A stretch of 64,000 nt of DNA from Lytechinus pictus. Its lineage: Eukaryota. The notes under the pieces are model-generated. The model saw nothing but the letters and a program-made list of their open reading frames with translations. It did not search any database and was not told where the DNA came from. How positions within the stretch are numbered: the stretch's first letter is position 1; each line of letters begins with the position of its first letter. This document shows positions 61,720-64,000 of this stretch, one piece after another. The translations under genes were made by a program, and so were the position numbers. Location: NCBI RefSeq assembly GCF_037042905.1, contig NC_087245.1, positions 29,886,001 to 29,950,000 on the forward strand, in the 5' to 3' direction.

Positions 61720-62786
61720 GTGAATATTACTTGAAAAATTGTACTTAAAGGTATTGGTCAGCATTGATTTAACTTAAAAATCTGATCAGCAAGGTCCCAT
61801 GTGTCACCTGTGTCTGTGATGTGTTGTAAAAATGAAGCCCTGAAAAAAATGCTCCCAAAAATCAATAAGTGGTTTAAAAAGTGGAGCATAAAGAGATCAG
61901 AAACAGCATCCCGATTTTATTCCATGTACTTGAACATGTTTCTTCTTGGATGTTTTATGCACATGAAGAATATTAAATACGACACAAATCAGAGTTCAAG
62001 ATTTTTTTTAAAAGAAGATTTGTGTAATGTCTTTAATATGAGTTTAGTGAGAAAGCACAAAGGTTTGCCCCTTTCTCATGAATGAACATAATTATGGATA
62101 TTGACAATAACCAATAGTTCCCAGATGGAGTATATGTGTGACCCAGTAACTTCCAGTAGCTATTGGGCAATTTCATGAAATGATCAACCTTTTTGTACGT
62201 CCGACCCCCATTTTCAAGTCTTACTTCACTTAAGAAACTGACCAAGGCATGGTCCTTTGAGACATGTTACAGACTATCAAAAGAACAAGAAATCAGAGAG
62301 GGAGTCGGATGTGCATATTTTATGGAATCGCCCTATTATGTGTTAGTATTATCTCTCTCCACTTATTAAACAAAGCGCCTGACAAGAAGGCAGAAGGTCC
62401 TTAGTACATGTATGTTGCTGTTTAGGATCAAATCCACAAGTTACCATTCATGATCTCTACTACTGAGCCACCATGCCTGGGGTGGCGTTTCATAAAGATT
62501 AAAGTGTGAATTAAAATCATGCTTAAATACCGACGTGCACATGATATTTAACAAGCAATCAAATTGGTTAATCCCCAGAAATGCGCATCCTCTTAGCATG
62601 ATATTACCAGTGTTTTGATGCGTTATATACCGCCCGCAGCCAGGAATCTAGGTGCAACTTTGAGTCATACTTAAATCTTTGTGATCTCTTGGTGGTATTA
62701 AGTACAAAGAACTAATTGTTGAATATTCTTACTTGAAACCAACTGGAAATCATGTAATCCCTGCTCCCTCTTCCATTTTATACTAG

Positions 62787-62922
62787 GGAGAGAATGCACA
62801 TTCCGGCTTCCCTGAGATAGCGTTTAGTCGGTACAGTGATACGCTAATCCAGAAGGGGTACCGTGTTGCTCGGGTGGAACAGACGGAGACCCCAGATATG
62901 ATGCAGGAAAGAATTAAAAACA
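62787..62922 (+). CDS. MSH6: MSH6 exon 11
   Basis: [36 protein letters not shown] acceptor, GTAAGT donor. Confidence 0.98.
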
Positions 62923-63358
62923 GTAAGTTAATAATACCATATATTATTTCTTTATTTCATGTTCATGATAATGACTTTCATTCAACTGCCATGCATGAGA
63001 AATGAAGGCACATAGAGTCTATATCTTAATATTTATGTATTCATTTCTTCATGGTTCAACAGCTTACATGGTATGAGTAGGATAACAGCAAGCATGGGAA
63101 TAATAAAAATTAAAGTGGACACACTTTGAAAATAATTTTGGCTAAATTTGGCATAGTTTGATGGGAAAGGGTATGTATAAGTTATTTAAGTAGATAAAAT
63201 GCTTAAAAACCAAATTAATTTCTTGAAAATAACTTTGGATAGAATCCATTTTCCTTTCTGAACTTGGGAATAATTGGTTGCAAAGCTGCAGTTATGTCAC
63301 AGGAAGAAGATGGTTTTGAATAGTCATTAGTAAGAAATCTTGAATAATTTTCATGGTG

Positions 63359-63451
63359 ATCATCTTTCATCAGTGTCATCATCATTGTCATCACCACCAC
63401 CACCATCGTCATCATCATCATCATGATCATCATCATCATCATCAATCATCA
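63359..63451. repeat. (CAT)n/(CAC)n microsatellite
   Basis: Direct reading. Confidence 0.9.
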
Positions 63452-63499
63452 TTTTATGCAACTTAAGTTTATTCATTCCATTTCATTTTTTCTTTTCAG

Positions 63500-63565
63500 T
63501 GAGCAGATCTGTAACAAAATTTGACAAAGTTGTCAAGAGAGAGATATGCAGGATTTCAACTCAAG
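63500..63565 (+). CDS. MSH6: MSH6 exon 12; the gene continues beyond the window
   Basis: KFDKVVKREICRISTQG; CAG acceptor, GTATGT donor; phase 1/1. Confidence 0.96.
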
Positions 63566-63702
63566 GTATGTTGTTTACCTCTGTTCTATTTTTTTTCTTT
63601 TCTCTATGTTATTTATCATAATTATGTGGACATTTTCTTGAGCTCCTTACTGTATTTAAAATTTGTCTTGCTTCCTAATCCACAACTTATCTACAAACAT
63701 TC

Positions 63703-63998
63703 TGGCCCATATTCTTAACTCGGGTTTGAATCGACCTCTGTTTTGTATAAGTTGTGGGTCAACTATGGAAAGCCTATTGTGACAAAATTATCTAAAAGTA
63801 GATGTTTGATTTATGGGACACTGACACTGAAATTATTCTCAAACTGTCTTGGAATGATAAATAGGATAGTTGTCTTCATTTAATGAAAATGGGAAAGATC
63901 AAAGCAAATATAATAAAATACAATGTAAACAAAATTTTGACATCTTAGGCTTAGACTTAGACCGTGATCTAAGATAATCAGACTTCATAATATAGGTC
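63703..63998. mobile_element. Probable MITE
   Basis: Imperfect IR GGCCCATATTCTTAACTC / GACTTCATAATATAGGTC. Confidence 0.45.
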
Positions 63999-64000
63999 GC

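Overview
AT-rich, intron-rich animal genomic DNA. The repeat families and the AACATGGCG start context suggest a marine invertebrate, probably a sea urchin or other echinoderm (inference). The right half holds the first 12 coding exons of MSH6 on the + strand (33713 to beyond 64000): N-terminal PIP-like motif, PWWP domain, acidic linker and the mismatch-binding domain with GKFYE. All splice phases are consistent. The left part holds the start-codon exon of an unidentified minus-strand gene (6838-7055). The rest is densely nested mobile DNA: two CR1/L2-group LINEs (one near full length with a 2A-like peptide), a Penelope element in MSH6 intron 2 with a hammerhead-ribozyme-like motif, tRNA-derived SINEs and many non-autonomous DNA transposons with readable TIRs and TSDs. 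Most notable are (1) an 8.3-kb hairpin-ended, RecQ-helicase-bearing AcademH-like insertion within a four-level nested stack, (2) two copies of the hammerhead motif where only the sense-intronic copy has core mutations, and (3) ~110-bp-periodic arrays of a GCGAAGC mini-hairpin motif. Superfamily calls rest on TIR/TSD rules and recalled motifs, not database searches.
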